DNA from: Azolla caroliniana
Lineage: Eukaryota > Plantae > Polypodiophyta
Direction of reading: 5' to 3'
Length of the DNA: 64,000 bases
NCBI GenBank assembly: GCA_043228905.1
Contig: JBHGNT010000002.1
Coordinates: forward strand, 14,570,001 to 14,634,000
The notes beneath the pieces were generated by a model that saw nothing but the letters and a program-made list of their open reading frames with translations, was not told where the DNA came from and did not search any database. Position 1 is the stretch's first letter. Every line of letters starts with the position of its first letter. Shown here piece by piece: positions 61,855 to 64,000 of this stretch. Made by a program: the position numbers and the translations under genes.

Positions 61855-64000
61855 TGTTATTGGCTGGCCCGGTGTGAAGTGGGACAAGCCAACCAAACCC
61901 TAGCCTCGGATGTATACATATATGTATGTATGTACATATGCCCCTTTTGGGGATGCTCATGCAAGGGTGTGGTGGTTTATTATTATTATGTATTGAGAAT
62001 AGTGAGTGAGTGTGTTTGTCTCTTCATTCTCATTCTCTCACTGTACTTTCTATTTTTCTCCTCTTTTTCATTCTAGCTTCTTCTTTCTCCTTCTGCAACC
62101 GTAGCTTCTTCTTCTTCTTCTTCTTCTTCTTGTAGTAGAGGAGAAACCGTGCGGTGTGAGTGCAGTAGGCGGGCACCACCAGCAAAGCAAAACCTGAGTA
62201 GACCCAAAGGAAAGGACAACATTGGCACTGGCGATCCTACTAGCGCTTTATCTCTGTCCAGATGAACTTCGCACAGTCCACCTTAGAGGATTGTGAGGAC
62301 ACACACACACACACACACACACACCACAACTCCGCAGTGGTGTTGCGCCTGGCCGATAACCGCCGATATCCACTCCGCCTTAGCCAACCAACCGTGGCTT
62401 CGCGCGACCCAGTCCAAGTAGGACTAGCAGAATGATCCGCTGCAATGGCCATAAGATCTGCATCGACACGACGGCGGCCCCTAGACCGTCGTAGGCAGTG
62501 CAATCACTCCAGTGTGCGGTGAAACAATCAACATGCTTGACGGCATGATGGAAGAGGAAGTCGACATGTATCAAGAGGAAAATCTCGATTTTGTACCATT
62601 GTTTGAGATAGACGTCTATGTCGATTGTTGCATCTGCCCTAGATGCCAAATCGTTACCCTTTCCTTCATCGGAAGCATTAGCCGAGCTCGACCAGGCCTC
62701 CACAAACCTAACGTGACCTCACACTATCACAAAGGGTTCAAGCAACCGAGCTTGAGGAGCTGAACCTAGGAACACACGGCGCACCACAAGTAGTCCTAAT
62801 AGCAAAGCATCTTCCCAATTCCTTTCGAACGCAACTGGAGTGCCTACTGCGGTCAAGGATGTTTTCGCAGGGTCACACATTGACATGCCAGGGCTCGACC
62901 CGTAGTTTTATCACCACAAAATTACTTTGAAAGGCGATGCAAAGACTGTCTAACAACGCAGATATAGAATGAACCCTAATTACGCTGAAAAGGGCAAGGA
63001 AGAAATCAACAAACTTCTTGGCAGGGGGTTCATTCGGCCGGTTAAAACGGTCACTTGGCTCAGCCCAATCGTGGTTGTCCCAAAGAAGAACGGGAAAATC
63101 CGAGTCTGTGTCGATTATAGGACGATGAACACAAATACGGTCATTGATGCTTTCTCGCTCCCCTTCACGGACCCTATTCTCAACACAGTTGAGGGCCATG
63201 AACTCTACAGTTTCGTGGACGGAATCAATGGCTATAACCAAGTTCGCATGGCCCTAGAGGACGAAGAAAAATCAGCCTTTGTCACAGATTGGGAAGTGTA
63301 TGTCGCAGTGGTCATGATGTTTGGGCTCAAGATTGCTCTCGCAATGTTTCAACGTATTATAATGGAGATCTTCGAGGAATACATATCCAAGTTTATGCAG
63401 GTATTCCTAGATGACTTCATGGTCTTCGGTTCCCAAGCACAACAGTCGGCTCCGCGTAATCCCTTGAAGTTTGTGTTTGCGGTATTCAACAGCATGTTGG
63501 TTGGGCAAATCATTAACCAGCAGGGCATCGCAATTGACCCAAGTCCAGTCCAGGCAATCCTTGCAGCCCACCTCTGACCAACTCCAACGGCCTCATGCGG
63601 TTCCTTGGATAGGTGCATTGGCACAGTAGGGTCTTGTGCTACCTTGCCAATTTTGTGAGCCCTCTCCATGCAACCGTCCATTGTACGTCGTTTCGTTGGA
63701 GTCCAACCGAACAAGAGGTGTTTAACGCCCTCAAAATACTCCTTTCCCATGCCCCTATACTACAACCACCATGTTGGGATGAGTCGTTCCATGTATTTGT
63801 GGACACCTCGGATATTGCGATCGGCAGCATGTTGATGCATCTGTTTGAACGTGGTTGATTTTTACCAATATTCTATGCAAGCCGATGTCTTTCCTCGGCC
63901 GAACGCAACTACTCAACAACAGAACATGAAGCCGTAGGTCTTATTTTTAGTGTAACCAAGTTTCGACACTACTTGCTCGAGCGAAGATTCACGTTTCATG
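61855..64000 (+). mobile_element. Gypsy element of the same pol lineage as 4617-9997: LTR 61855-62221, gag mostly deleted, RT-RH runs off the window
   Basis: TGTT...AACA followed by TGG. MNPNYAEK, WLSPIVVVPKKNGKIRVCVDYR, FLDDF and FVDTSDIAIG. Confidence 0.85.

Overview
Eukaryotic plant nuclear DNA. A non-seed plant such as a fern is my inference from the retroelement types. About 85% is a stack of nested, mostly decayed retrotransposons: at least eight Ty1/copia pieces, four Ty3/gypsy pieces, one near-intact non-L1 LINE, plus L1-like and LINE remnants. Two host genes sit in the right third: a single-exon predicted membrane protein (46407-47636, +) and an 8-exon gene (60462-58125, -) resembling the conserved unknown protein AT3G32930. 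The most unusual signal is an LTR-element family present twice (1886-10316 and 16516-24853, each with its own 5-bp TSD). Both copies carry two inward-facing tRNA-Arg-type primer binding sites, each 5 nt from a different, non-homologous LTR (A and B). Copy 2 is bounded by LTR-A and LTR-B and has no gag-pol. Promoter/polyA motifs, purine skew and G.U covariation point to a minus-strand transcript, antisense to gag-pol, with a tRNA-3'-end sequence where a PPT would be expected. Other oddities are a copia cassette flanked by a 311-bp duplication, a LINE with ORF1 and ORF2 in one frame, and an in-frame C-terminal extension of copia RNase H between two PPT-like motifs. All family assignments come from recalled motifs, not database searches.
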